64,000 bases of DNA from Eledone cirrhosa (lineage: Eukaryota): assembly GCA_964016885.1 (NCBI GenBank), contig OZ024741.1, forward strand, positions 391,778,001 through 391,842,000, read 5' to 3'. Shown here piece after piece: positions 26,498 to 38,905 of the stretch. Made by a program: the position numbers and the translations under genes. The notes beneath the pieces were generated by a model. It was not told the DNA's origin and searched no databases. It saw only the letters and a program-made list of their open reading frames with translations. Within the stretch, counting starts at the first letter, position 1. Each line of letters starts with the position of its first letter.

Positions 26498-29400
26498 TAG
26501 TTGACGTACCCAGCTTCGCCCGGGTAAACAGATGATAAGAGAAGACAGGTAAAAGAGAAAATGACTGTATTGGATGTTTGTCTGGTTACAGTATGAGGCG
26601 AGTCCGTGGTGTCTGTGTGATACAAAAAACAGTAAAAAAAACTTCCAGATATACCAGATTCTTCGTTGTACCGGTTGTGCATAGTATATGAACAATTCTA
26701 GGTGCTCCCACCTAGAATAGTGACCTCTAGGAGATGGTTAATCTTCTGCCTGATTGTAAAACGTGTATCATTGCATAGACGTGGTTGTTCCCCGTTTCTC
26801 AAAAGGATGATGGAAGTTCCAATCTTTTATATTATATGTAGATATAGATATAGATAATTAATATAAAAGATGTCCGTCAATGTAAAAAAGGTCCCTATTT
26901 ACTTGAAATGGTTTATACAAATGCCAAATTAATATGGATATGGATAACATGCTTATCTATAAGTGGTCAGCTATAATAATAAAACAACAAATTATATGAC
27001 ACAAAAATGTATTCAGTAATTTCCAGGCTCTTAGCCACTGAGTAATAGACAGTCAATGTTGCCCAGAGTTCAACTCGGGGAGGTGGCCTGGTTTGAACTC
27101 CAAATGGCGGATCCTTCTACTTCGAAAATAGAATCGTTTTTCAATATTACTCTAGCCCTGGCCAGCCATAGGCACCAAACTTTTTGCCAGACTCGGCATA
27201 TGATGAGGTTTTATTACCACCGCTATCAGAAGCGATACATTTGAAGGCAATTTCTACCAATACTTGTTGGTTTTTATTGCTCATTATCGACAATAAATGA
27301 CATTGAACAGAAATGATAACTCTGTCAAAGCTCACAATACAGATCAAAGGACACCAATGTCTGAATCATTTACGTCGAATATTCATAGCAGTGAAGGCAA
27401 TTTCTACCAATACTTGTTGGTATTTATTGCGCAACATAGCAGTGAAAGCAATTTTTACCAATACTTGTTTGTTTTTATTGCTCATAACGACATTAAATGA
27501 CATTGAACATAAATGATAACTCTGTCAAAGCTCACAATACTGATCAAAGGACTCCAATGTCCGAATTATTTACGTCGCGTATTGATAGCATTAAAGATAT
27601 GCATACATCAGCTGAAAGCTTCATTATAGACAATATTCAGGGTTGTTCCTCTGTTAGTGGTATCAATTGCAAATTTTATACCATCAGGATCGCACACTCA
27701 AGATGCAGCAACAGTTGCCCATGGCTGAATGCTGGATCATTCAAGTAGATACCGACTCGCTTGAAAGTCTGTCCCTGTGCCTTGTTGACAGTCATGGAGA
27801 AGGCCAAATTGACGGGAAACTGCCTCCTTTGCCAAATAAATGGCAGCAGATCTTCACTTGGTCTCAGCATGATCCTCTCTGCCTGGGAGTTTAGCTTCTA
27901 AAACTCTTCCGTTAATCAATCTCTCAACAATCAATCTGGTATCATTGCAAAGACTCATTTTATGATTGATATTTCTAAGCAATATAATCGGCATACCCTT
28001 TTTCAACCTCAAAATATGTGGGGGAAATCCGGGTATTTGAAGTGAATTCAGATACTCAGTCGGAACATCCATATTGTTCTGCTGATTAGGCTCCATTGCA
28101 TCCGCACTGACGGTCAACCATTCCTCTCCAGGAAACATTCCGGCTACTTGTGAATTTATTTCATCGACCGTTGCATTCGTATGAGTTAGAATAACGCGTT
28201 CCGATATCCAGGAGATATTCTGCCAAAAAGCATTCAAATTAGAGAACACCCAGTCAATCAATGCTTGGCGGTCCAGTGGCATGACCAAATGGTCTGGGAT
28301 TCTTACAGTCTGATTATCACCAATGTGTGGCAATTCATCGTTTCCCAACTGCATCAACCATCGGCCGTATGTCTCAGCCTCTTCGTTTTGCCCGAACATA
28401 CGAAGTCGCATATTATCGTGTAATCGCAAAACTCTGAAATGGCGCCACAACGGGGACTTTTTCAGACATGCATCGACAATTTGCGCTCTTTGAGCATTCC
28501 TAACAATTGGTAGCACCTGTCTGAAATCGCCACCAAGAACGATAGTCTTACCACCGAATGGCAGGTCACTACCGCAGATATCTCTCAAAGTTCTGTCCAA
28601 TGCCTCCAGCAAATATCTGTGTGCCATTGGAGCCTCTTCCCAAATAATCAGAGACGTATTGCGTATAAGGCCCGCGATTTCACTTGTCCTGTAATGTTAC
28701 AGACACTCAACTCATCCGGAGCCAATAGAACCTTGAAGCATGAGTGGAAGGTCCTTCCACCACTCAGCAAAGTGGCAGCGATCCCACTGGTGGCCACAGG
28801 GAGAGCAATCTTCCTCTGAGCTCTGACTGCCGATAACATAGTGTTGAAACAGAATGTCTTTCCGGTGCCTCCTGGAGCATCTATGAAAGCACAAAGTTGC
28901 TCATTAGTAGAAATCGAGTGGAAAACGCCATCGACCAATTCTCTCTGAGATTGGGTCAACATTGGCATACGTTCATCCACAATACGTTGCTGTTCCAGTG
29001 GATCAAACTGGAATAGTTCCCTCCGATCGAGTGGAAACCGTCTAAGCTGCAATCTCATGTTCAATGCTAAGACACGTTGCCACATTTCTTCATCAGGAAT
29101 TGGCAAATTGAAATCTGTTAAACATTTGAAACGAACTTCAAGCAGTTGCTCAATATTGAGCAAAACAATAGCTTTCATCAAATTTTCATCATCGACCTGA
29201 AGATGATGCCTAAAATCATCAGCCCAACAGCGTTCAAATAACTCTCTTGGATCGGCAGGATTGCAGAATCCTAGAATCGTGACAAACAACTGCCTTATTT
29301 GAGCTGGCATCTGTGTTGTTCCTGCAGCTTCCATGGCGTTATTCCATTCAGCATCATCATGAAGGAGTCCCAGATGCTGACACACAGCATGGTATGTTTC

Positions 29401-32400
29401 ATATTCCATGCCATTGATTGTTTTCAAATCAGCGAAGCTCTGTTTACCTCTCGAAAAATCATTATGCAACAGAATTCAGAGCTAAAACACATCACCAGAT
29501 GCTGGATGGACATTACAAACCCGTCCAATAGTCATGAATCTCAACTTTTGTTTTCTATCATTCTATTTCTTTCCCTTCTTGTCCCACGTATAGTGCGAAG
29601 GGAAATCGCAGTAGAGTTGCCTTTGATCCGGGTTCAAAGCATGTTCCCTATTATGCTTGAACCACTCAGTCAATTCCGTCTTAGGAGGTGGTGCGTTAGC
29701 AATTATTTCGACACCTCTTCTAGTGTCCTGAAAACAGACCATTTGCCTATTCTCTAAGTGACCCGTCAGTTTCTGAACGCTGGGTTTGCGTTCATTGAGA
29801 TCAATATCGAACAATCTCCAGCAAGCTTCGCTAGATCCAATCGAGCGAACATCCTGGAATCTGCCAACTTCATCTCCTTGGTTCGCTTCCTCATTCCTGA
29901 CATTGATCATTGCCCGATCATGACCTTTGTAAACATATTTGAATAGATATTTGCAAGCTTTCACTGAGCTACAAATTTCCACATTAATATGACAACGATA
30001 TTTCATAATCAAATATGGATTGTATGGCACAACCCATTGATTTGTAATCTGTCGACAGTTTACATTTTCGACCAAACCGCCACCTGCAGGCGACCGTCTT
30101 CTGTATGAGGGATGAGCATCCTCATCGTTCCAGGAAATGTTCGTGACAAAAGATTTCGGAAAGTGCTTACTGCATTGGCCATTTTTCATGCAAGGCGCTT
30201 TCCGATTTGCCACTCCGCATTGGTTGTGCATCATTGACTTTGCCACCAAGTTGCGTAGTGCCTCATTCTCCGGCAGTTCAGCATACACAATGCTGTCGAC
30301 ATCATCAGCACATCTCAATTTGCAATCTCTATGTAAAATGATCAGCAAATGTACATGTGGCAATCCTCTTTTTTTGGAATTCAATTACGTATGTAAAAGC
30401 AACTATACCTCCAAAGATTCCCTCTTTTTCCACATCATCCATTATCTTTTTCAGATATCCTTTGAATACTCTTGCCACAATATCAGGACGGTCCTTTGGC
30501 TGTTGTCCTGGCAAAAGTGTATCCTTAATATCAGTCCATTCAGGATTGCATGTAACCGTTATAAACAAATCTGGCTTTCCAAACTCTCTGACAATAGCCA
30601 TTGCATCCTGATAGCGAATGTTCATATATCTCGGGCCGCCGATGAACAACGATGGCAAAATGATGCGTCGACCAATTTGCTTGTAATTGGCATCATCGGC
30701 TGTTATCGTATCCTGTATATTATTATACAATTCATCTCTGATATGTTGCTGATGTGTAGCTATATAATTTAGCATTTGATTTTCGATCTTTGCGAATGCC
30801 ATACAACAGTATTCCTGGAACAATCTGCTGGCTTGAAATAGCGCATTTCTCTGTTGATTCCTCTTGTTCAAATGGAACGCGTAAAAGTCGCGAATCGAAT
30901 TATTGTGTCTATTGCCACCTCTCTGTTGATGCTGATTCTCATGATCATCTAAATGAACAGACATGTTCCATCCATTTTCACCTTTTGGGAATAAAAGAAC
31001 ATAATGCAATCGATCGTATGCCCTATTTGACTCATTGATAGTCTTGAGACCACCAATCGATCGTATGCCCTATTTGACTCATTGATAGTCTTGAGACCAC
31101 CATTTCTGTGATTGAGGACGATATCTCTCGATCCAGGCTTATCGTCCATCAACACAGCAACTTCACGAAATCCTTCAGGGGCATTATATCGCCGTTCGTG
31201 TTGATTCCTTGGCACTGCGTCAGCCTTAATCACCAATGTTTGCTGCTGAACATTTTGCAGTTCAGCCATCAACATGAAATCCATAAGGATTACACTGCCT
31301 AAGCCATGATTGCAAATCACGGATCACTTAACCTTTGCCGTTCAAGTTCAGTTATATTTCCCGGCAACTTCATCCAACCGATCCTGATATCCTCCTCCGA
31401 TTCACTATAATCTGGATCGTTAACGTAAATTTGAGCGAATCAAGGCCTCTCTCCTGGGGTAACTTCTAAATTACCGATACAATGATACCAACGGCCTTGA
31501 ATGACTACATTCGGTTGCCATGCTCCACTCTCAAACATCTCACTAACTCTCTGCAATGCTAAAGCTAATGAATTGTTAATTTGCCACGAATATTTGCACA
31601 GTAATCTACCTCGGTCTCCTTGATCACCCCACATACTTAGTATTTTAAACTTCGGTGACTCCTCATCATCCGGCATTCGCAAGGGTTCTAGTTGAACTGC
31701 TCCTTTATGTCAGCACATTGTGGTCCACGTCTTTTCGTGCCTCCAAAGCAATGCACCACAATATGGACACTCTGCTCGTCCACCAATCTGAAAATGTCAC
31801 TGTTGCCATGATCCATTTTTAATATCATTCGTTCGCCTTCTAACCTCTTTACTGGAATGAGGAGCACTTTGGCGACACATTCTCTGGACTTCTGTATTGC
31901 GCTGGCGCTGTTCAGCCATTCATCGATCGCTGCACGCTGTTGCTGCTGAATTCTGGCCATCTGCTGATGATGCTCAGCCAGTTCATCTTCAACCATCACA
32001 GCACGCCGTCGCTGCTTGGCTCCAGTGTTTCGTTGGCGTTTTTCAGCCAGCTCCTCTTCATTCATGGCGGCACGTCTTTGCCTCTGAAGTTCGGCGTTTC
32101 GATGGCGCTGTTCGGCCCGTTTTTCTGCATTGCTGGCTGCACGCCGTCGCCGCTGTAGTTCACTGTTTGATAAAGTCGAATTGCTTTTATTATCAGTATT
32201 CATTTCGAGCAATTGTCAAAAAATGACACAATAATAAATATAAAAGATGTCCGTCAATGTAAAGAAAGGTCCCTATTTACTCCTTCACAACTCTGTGTAT
32301 GTTAGACTGACAGACAGGCACACAGACAGATAAACTGCTTGGCGATTGTGGAACGCCACACACATACACGCATGGAAACGCGCACAAACTTACACGCGCA

Positions 32401-32674
32401 CACACTCACACATGTTGATAGTTTTTACTTTGTGGAACGCTGCACGCACGCACACACACATAAACATACGCGCACGTACATACACACGCACACATGTTAA
32501 TAGTTATTGAGCACAGCGTTCACACTCTCCCCTCTCACTCCCTCATTGGCATTATGCATATTAATTTCAGTTTGGCGTCATTGAGGTGGGCGGAGTCGTT
32601 TGAAACCTATGAACCAATGATAATCGAGAATTATGACACACGAAATACTGATGTTCTTGAAATTAATAAATAGA
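26497..32674 (-). mobile_element. Full-length decayed autonomous Helitron (about 6.2 kb) inserted in (TA)n
   Basis: Minus strand: A|TCTATTTATTAA 5' end at 32674. 3' hairpin ACCCGGGCGAAGCTGGGT, then CTAG|T ending at 26497. Rep-helicase gene inside. Confidence 0.9.
27610..32212 (-). pseudogene. Helitron RepHel (HUH replication initiator + PIF1 helicase), multiple frameshifts
   Basis: Rep motifs KPDLFITVTCNPEW, YVIEFQK-RGLPHVHLLI, YLFKYVYKG. Helicase motifs DAPGGTGKT, ATSGIAA, GGDFRQVLP, RRQFPVNLAFSMTVNKAQGQT, FSHGQL. Coiled-coil repeat at the N-terminus. Confidence 0.95.
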
Positions 32675-33522
<848 letters not shown>

Positions 33523-33610
33523 CGGATGAAAAACCCAAAAGCACGAACTTCATCCGTTCCCATGTCGATTCAATTTGGATTGCCTCGGAAACAACCTTAT
33601 TATGTAACAA

Positions 33611-33684
33611 GCTGTCTGATGATGTCACGACACTCGCACACAGAACAGTGTGGCCAGTGTCGTCATTGAAATATATATCACAGC
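33611..33684 (+). ncRNA. Type I hammerhead ribozyme inside an about 220-bp insertion (33521-33740)
   Basis: GCUGU-CUGAUGA-[stem II ACGACACU/AGUGUCGU + CACAC/GUGUG]-GAAA-UAUAUA-UC-ACAGC; stem I is perfect. Confidence 0.85.
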
Positions 33685-33736
33685 ATTATTATTAAAGGAC
33701 TTGAACATCTGAAACTACTTCGCTTTTACTTATTCG

Positions 33737-33788
<52 letters not shown>

Positions 33789-34029
33789 GTGAGGTTTTTT
33801 TGTTTTTTTTTTTTTTTTTTTTACAAAATGAAAAATAACCGAGGTGTCCTACACGAGTGGAAGTATAAAGAAAAAGGGATGAAATCGAAAATGCAACTGA
33901 AGTCTTATTTTTTTTTTTAATATATATATTTATTTGGTTCCTTTACCGGTTTCGCAGTTCTTCTGCTTTTCAAAAGGTGAGTTAAGATGGAGTGTCTGTG
34001 GTTTTTCTCACATCTGTATGTATATATTT

Positions 34030-35345
34030 AATAATACAACATCTTTAGCTGAAATAATTAATAATTATAGAAAGAGGAATATAGATTATAACCTGACCTG
34101 GAGTGTGCTCAAAATGGCCACCCCTTATCAAAATAATAGATATGAATGTAGATTATGTTCCCAGGAACTTTTTGAAATAATGAAATCTAAGGATATCCTA
34201 TTAAATAAACGACAGGAATTAATTATGTCGTAATCATAAACTGAGAAGAACTTTTAAATATTATAAACCTAATTAATATACACTTTAGAAATTGTTATAA
34301 TAACACTTTTTTTAAATTAGTTAACCTATAATTAATATTCTACTATTAATGAACGGCATAATTTTATTTCCCTTTTACAGCTATCTTTTCCTAAAATTTA
34401 TACCAATAAGTATACATATAAACTATTTTAATTTCAGGTTATGATTCTATGTTCCTTATAATCTATATAAATTTGTTATTTCTCACTAATAAATTTACCC
34501 CCCCCCCCCCCCCAATAATTATTATTATTATTATTATTTTATTTTCCCTTCGTTTTTAACAGCACTCTTCAATTACATCTAACTCTTATTTATCATATCT
34601 ATATGAATTAATATAAATTTATCAATATAAATATACCTATCAATTTAATTAATTTATTTTCTTTTTATAGATGTAAATTCCCTATATTTTGAATAAGATT
34701 AATATTTTTCACTAACACATTTATCGTAAAATTTTATTCTCCTTAGATATTTACATTAGCATTATTCTTTTATAACATCAATTCTTCGTGTACCTTTTAC
34801 CGACTTGACCTATTTTCATCCCTAAAATAATCTTTTTCATTCATCATACTCTTTCCATTCAAAACTGAAATCTGCCTTCCTCTACCCCTAAATTAAAGTT
34901 CTATTACTACTATTCTACCATCTTGACCACTCACTACCTTTCTATTGGTCAATTCAAAACCTGTTCCCAAACAGACCTATTATATTAAATCTGTGTTGGG
35001 TTTTTTCAATAAACAAATATCATTATTTCTGAAGACAGCATATATATGTGTAGGTATGTATATTCCCTCTGATAGTTTTTAAAAATTTTACATAGATCTA
35101 TATGATATACATACCAACACAAACATATATATCCTAGAAACGATCGTAAAATGATGAATTTTTTAATATAAGGAACTGTTTCTTTGTTTTTATTCATTAT
35201 TTTTATTAATTTATCTTGACTCTGTTTTCCTGTATTTTTCATCGGAAAAAAAATGTTTGAATACATCTTCTCTTTTCATGATATTCGGATTACATTGAGT
35301 TCTTCATACGGATTGGACACTACCGTATATTTTGGTAGATTTATC
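34030..35345 (+). mobile_element. 3' end of a Penelope-like element (GIY-YIG C-terminus, 3' UTR, pLTR)
   Basis: TSLAEII...YNLTWSVLKMATPY...CRLCSQE...LLNKRQEL, followed by an AT-rich UTR containing a hammerhead. Confidence 0.75.
35020..35157 (+). ncRNA. Type I hammerhead with about 100-nt stem II
   Basis: UCAUUAUUU-CUGAAGA-[AUAUAUAUG..GGUAUGUAUAU / AUAUACAUACC..CAUAUAUAU]-GAAA-CGAUCG-UA-AAAUGAUGA; 9-bp stem I. Confidence 0.8.
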
Positions 35346-35482
<137 letters not shown>

Positions 35483-35683
35483 ATTTGGACTAAAGAAACT
35501 AAAGAAATTAATGAAATTCCATTTCTCTATCAGGCTAAATAATTTCTTTAATTTCTTTAGTCAAAATACGGCGATAGCTAACATTTCTAATAATTTCAAA
35601 TCCACTCGCTGTTTCGAAAATATTCTTACTTGACATTAGAGTCGCTAAGTTTATAGCTTCTAATTTGAATAGAAAAAGCCGGT

Positions 35684-35755
35684 GGTGTGTTGGTGTAAAT
35701 GGTAACACAGTGGTCCGGATAACGAAATATGTGGGTTCGACTCCCATGTACGTCA
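35684..35755 (+). pseudogene. tRNA-like sequence (tRNA pseudogene or SINE head) inside a direct-repeat-bounded insertion
   Basis: A box TGGTGTAAATGG, D stem GTGT/ACAC, T arm GTGGG-TTCGACT-CCCAT. G-U-rich acceptor stem, broken anticodon stem, T5 about 10 bp downstream. Confidence 0.65.
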
Positions 35756-35966
35756 ATACTCATCTTTTTCCATTTCTCCGAGGGTTCGTAACCCCACTAT
35801 CAGACTAAATAATTTCTTTAATTTCTTTAGTTAAAATACGGCGATAGCTAACATTTCTAATAATATATATATATATATATATGTGTGTGTATATATATAT
35901 ATATATATATAAACAGAAAAAATAAAACGAAATTTCATTTCCCACTCTTAGTACGGCTGTTACTTA

Positions 35967-36441
35967 AATATAAGTATGTACTCGTACATATATGTATACA
36001 GACGTACAGTAGTATGTATATATATATATATATACATACATGCACACATATATATATGTACGTATGGATTCACCGAACATTTATTATAATGCTCGGTGTG
36101 TTTGTAAACAAACATCCCGTATTAGGCCGTAGTGTCTAGCAACCATCGTTGCTCGTTTGTTCAACACTGACAAAGGAACTGGCAGGAAGGTATACGTTGC
36201 TGATGATAGCTAATAAGCTTGAAACTAGTACAGCGTTACTTTGTCAGTGTTGAACAAACAAACAACGATGGTTGCTAGACACTACAGCTTAATACGGGAT
36301 GTTTGTTTACAAACACACCGAGCATTATAATAAATGTTCGGTGAATCCATACGTACATATGTATATATGTGCATGTATGTATATATATATACATACTACT
36401 GTACGTCTGTATACATATATGTATGTGTACATACTTATATT
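35967..36441. repeat. Fold-back element: about 205-bp inverted arms around a hammerhead-containing loop
   Basis: 35967-36175 is the near-perfect reverse complement of 36239-36441. Confidence 0.93.
36194..36236 (+). ncRNA. Minimal type I hammerhead ribozyme
   Basis: ACGUUG-CUGAUGA-U-AGCU(AAUA)AGCU-U-GAAA-CUAG-UA-CAGCGU; palindromic stem III. Confidence 0.85.
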
Positions 36442-36454
36442 ATATATATATATA

Positions 36455-38035
36455 TCATCATCATCATCACCGTTTTACGTCCGTTCTTCCACGCTAGCAT
36501 CGGTTAGACGGGTTGTCCTGTTGTGGGCAGTGTCTGGTTGGCTAACCATGCCTTGCTCATACAGGAACCGATTTGGCTTGATTTCTACAGCTGGATGCCC
36601 TTCCTAACACCAACCTCATTTACAGTGAGTGCTGGGTGCTTTTTCGTGGTGCCTACACGTCCACTTTACAGTGTGGGCTGGGTGCTTTTTTGCCGTGGCA
36701 CCTCCACGATCACCTTGCAGTGGGGGGTGTGGGGCCATATTGTCTATATGCTTCAGCTTGTACCCATGGGAGGTCGGGTACTCTGTATTACTGCGTGATG
36801 CCAGAGGTCACGGTCGTGTGTCATCGCCTTTGAGAGGTGTAATTGGGTAAGGTCGGCTTTTATCACCTCATCCCAGGTCTTCTTGGGTCTCCCCACTCCG
36901 CGGTTTCCAGTGACTTCTAGTGCTCTGCACCTTTTTATGCAGCTGTCATCCTTCATACGCATCACATGTCCATACCAACGCAACCGCCTCTCCTGCACAC
37001 AGCATTTGATTCCTCTTATGCTCAGTCTGTCTCTAAATTCATTTATGCTTTGTCGTTCACATATATTACTATTACACATCCATCGGAGCATGCAGGCTTT
37101 GTTTCTTTCTAATCTATGTAAGTCTTCCACCTTCAGCGCCCAGGTCTCACTACCATGTAACATTGCTGTTCGGATACACGCATCATACAGTCTGCCTTTC
37201 ATTTTGAGGGAGAAGCCTTTTGCAGCTAGCAGTGGCAGTAGTTCCCTGAACATCTTCCATCCCGTTCTTACCCTAGTTATTGTACTTTCTGAACACCCAC
37301 CTCCGCTACTAATTCGGTCACCTAGGTAGCAGAAGCTGTCTACTGTTTCTACAGAGCCCTCCCAGAGATTGGTGGTACTTGTTTCCTGTGGCTGTTTGCT
37401 GCTTGCTGTCCCAGCACAGCTGCTGCATGTGAAGCCTACATTCTTAATTAAGCTTCCTGAGATCCCGCTACATCTCTTGTGTACCCATTGTTTGCATTTG
37501 GGGCAGAGAATGAAGTTCCTACCTACACCTTTCCTACATACTGAGCAAGGCCATTTCCCTGAGGGGATCTGGGTTCTGTTTTCTCGTCTACTTACAAGGA
37601 CCTTAGCCTTTGTCATGTTGACTTTGAGACCCTTTCTTTCTCGTCCCTGCTTCCAAGTTTGGAATTTCTTCTCTAGTTCTACCATAGATTCAGCTATAAG
37701 TGCGAGGTAATCAGCATACAGGAGTTCCCATTGGCATCCGGTCTTAAACTCCTCCGTTATTGCCTGCAGGACTATGATGAACAGGAGGGGGCTAAGAACA
37801 GAGCCCTGGTGGACCCCAACCTGTACGCTAAATTCCTTGCTATACTCATTGCTAATCCTAACTTTGCTGACTGCTCCCCTATACATGGCTTGTACCGCTT
37901 TCACAAGCCATTCATCGACTCCTAGTTTTCTAAGGGCCCACCAGATTACAGCACGTGGAACTCTGTCAAAGGCTTTCTCAAGGTCGACAAATGCCAGGTA
38001 GAGTGGCTTACTTTTAGCTAGGTACTTTTCCTGTA
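36455..38035 (-). mobile_element. 5'-truncated RTE LINE with uninterrupted RT C-terminal ORF
   Basis: FVDLEKAFDRVP, GVHQGSVLSP, LLYADY, PHD-like CSVC..CPKC..H..C..CSSC, RLRWYGHV, GRPKKTW; 3' UTR and (GAT)n tail. Confidence 0.93.
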
Positions 38036-38055
38036 ATATATATATATGTATATAT

Positions 38056-38244
38056 ATAGGAACAAGTAAGACCCCGACGGCTGAGCTCAAGCCGTTTCGA
38101 TGGCTAATTCTGGAATTAGCCGTCGAAACGGCTTGAGCTCAGCCGTCGGGGTCTTACTTGTTCCTATTACTCACTCTACTACCCTAAGTATTGAGTACTT
38201 TGGTGCGTTATGGTCCACCTGGTTCCTTACCACATTTCCTTCGT

Positions 38245-38250
<6 letters not shown>
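38056..38250 (+). mobile_element. Fold-back Penelope-type pLTR: 55-bp arms, 2-nt loop, containing the 3' half of a hammerhead, plus tail
   Basis: 38056-38110 versus 38113-38167 has one mismatch; GAAA-CGGCU..AGCCG-UC at 38125-38147. Confidence 0.8.
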
Positions 38251-38277
<27 letters not shown>

Positions 38278-38280
<3 letters not shown>

Positions 38281-38550
38281 AAACAATACAATATAATTAC
38301 CTCATTACCAGACGTTTCCCGAATAAGATACAAAAAACGTCCTCATTCGTTCATCAGACAAGGCAATTTCTTGCCTTGTCTGATAAACGAATGAGGACAT
38401 TTTTTGTATTCATCTTATTCGGGAAACCTCTGGTAATGAGGTAATTATATTGTATTGTTTATTATACATTAAATTTAGCTCTGGTACTTGCATAGAGCAC
38501 TCTTCACTCCTATGACTTTTTCAATTTTCAATGGAAACTTCAATACTTAT
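38278..38550. mobile_element. Fold-back pLTR: about 90-bp arms, 4-nt loop, hammerhead core in each arm
   Basis: Arms at 38278-38366 and 38371-38463. Minus strand of the left arm reads CUGAUGA-A-CGAAUGAGG../..UCUUAUUCG-G-GAAA-CG-UC. Confidence 0.8.
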
Positions 38551-38560
38551 ATATATATAT

Positions 38561-38905
38561 ATCATCATCATCATCATTTCATTTTACGTCCGCTTTTTCC
38601 CTGCTTGCAAGGGTGGGACGGGAACTGATTCTGGCTTGATTTCTACAGCTGGATGCCCTTCCTAACACCAACCTCATTTACAGTGAGTGCTGGGTGCTTT
38701 TTTGCCGTGGCACCTCCACGACCACTTTGCAGAGGAATGATAGGGACCCCAGTCTCTATCATCTCATTTCTACAGCTGAGTAAACTGGAGTAATGTGAAA
38801 TAAAGTGTCTTGCTCAAGGAAACAACACATCATCCGGTCTGAGAATTGAACTCACAACCTTTCGATTGCAAGGCCAATGCTCTAACCACTAAGCCATGTG
38901 CCTCC
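38561..38905 (-). mobile_element. tRNA-headed, RTE-tailed SINE
   Basis: Near-identical to 15624-16012. Confidence 0.87.

Noticed and set aside
27610-32212. Host PIF1 helicase gene
   Set aside because: Fused to HUH Rep motifs, intronless, frameshifted and bounded by Helitron termini.
35684-35755. Functional tRNA gene
   Set aside because: The anticodon stem does not pair and the acceptor stem is mostly G-U; kept only as tRNA-like.
36753-38090. 445-aa ORF as an intact gene with a novel N-terminus
   Set aside because: The first about 18 codons come from the neighbouring hairpin and TA repeat. The rest is a 5'-truncated RTE whose YADD reads YADY.
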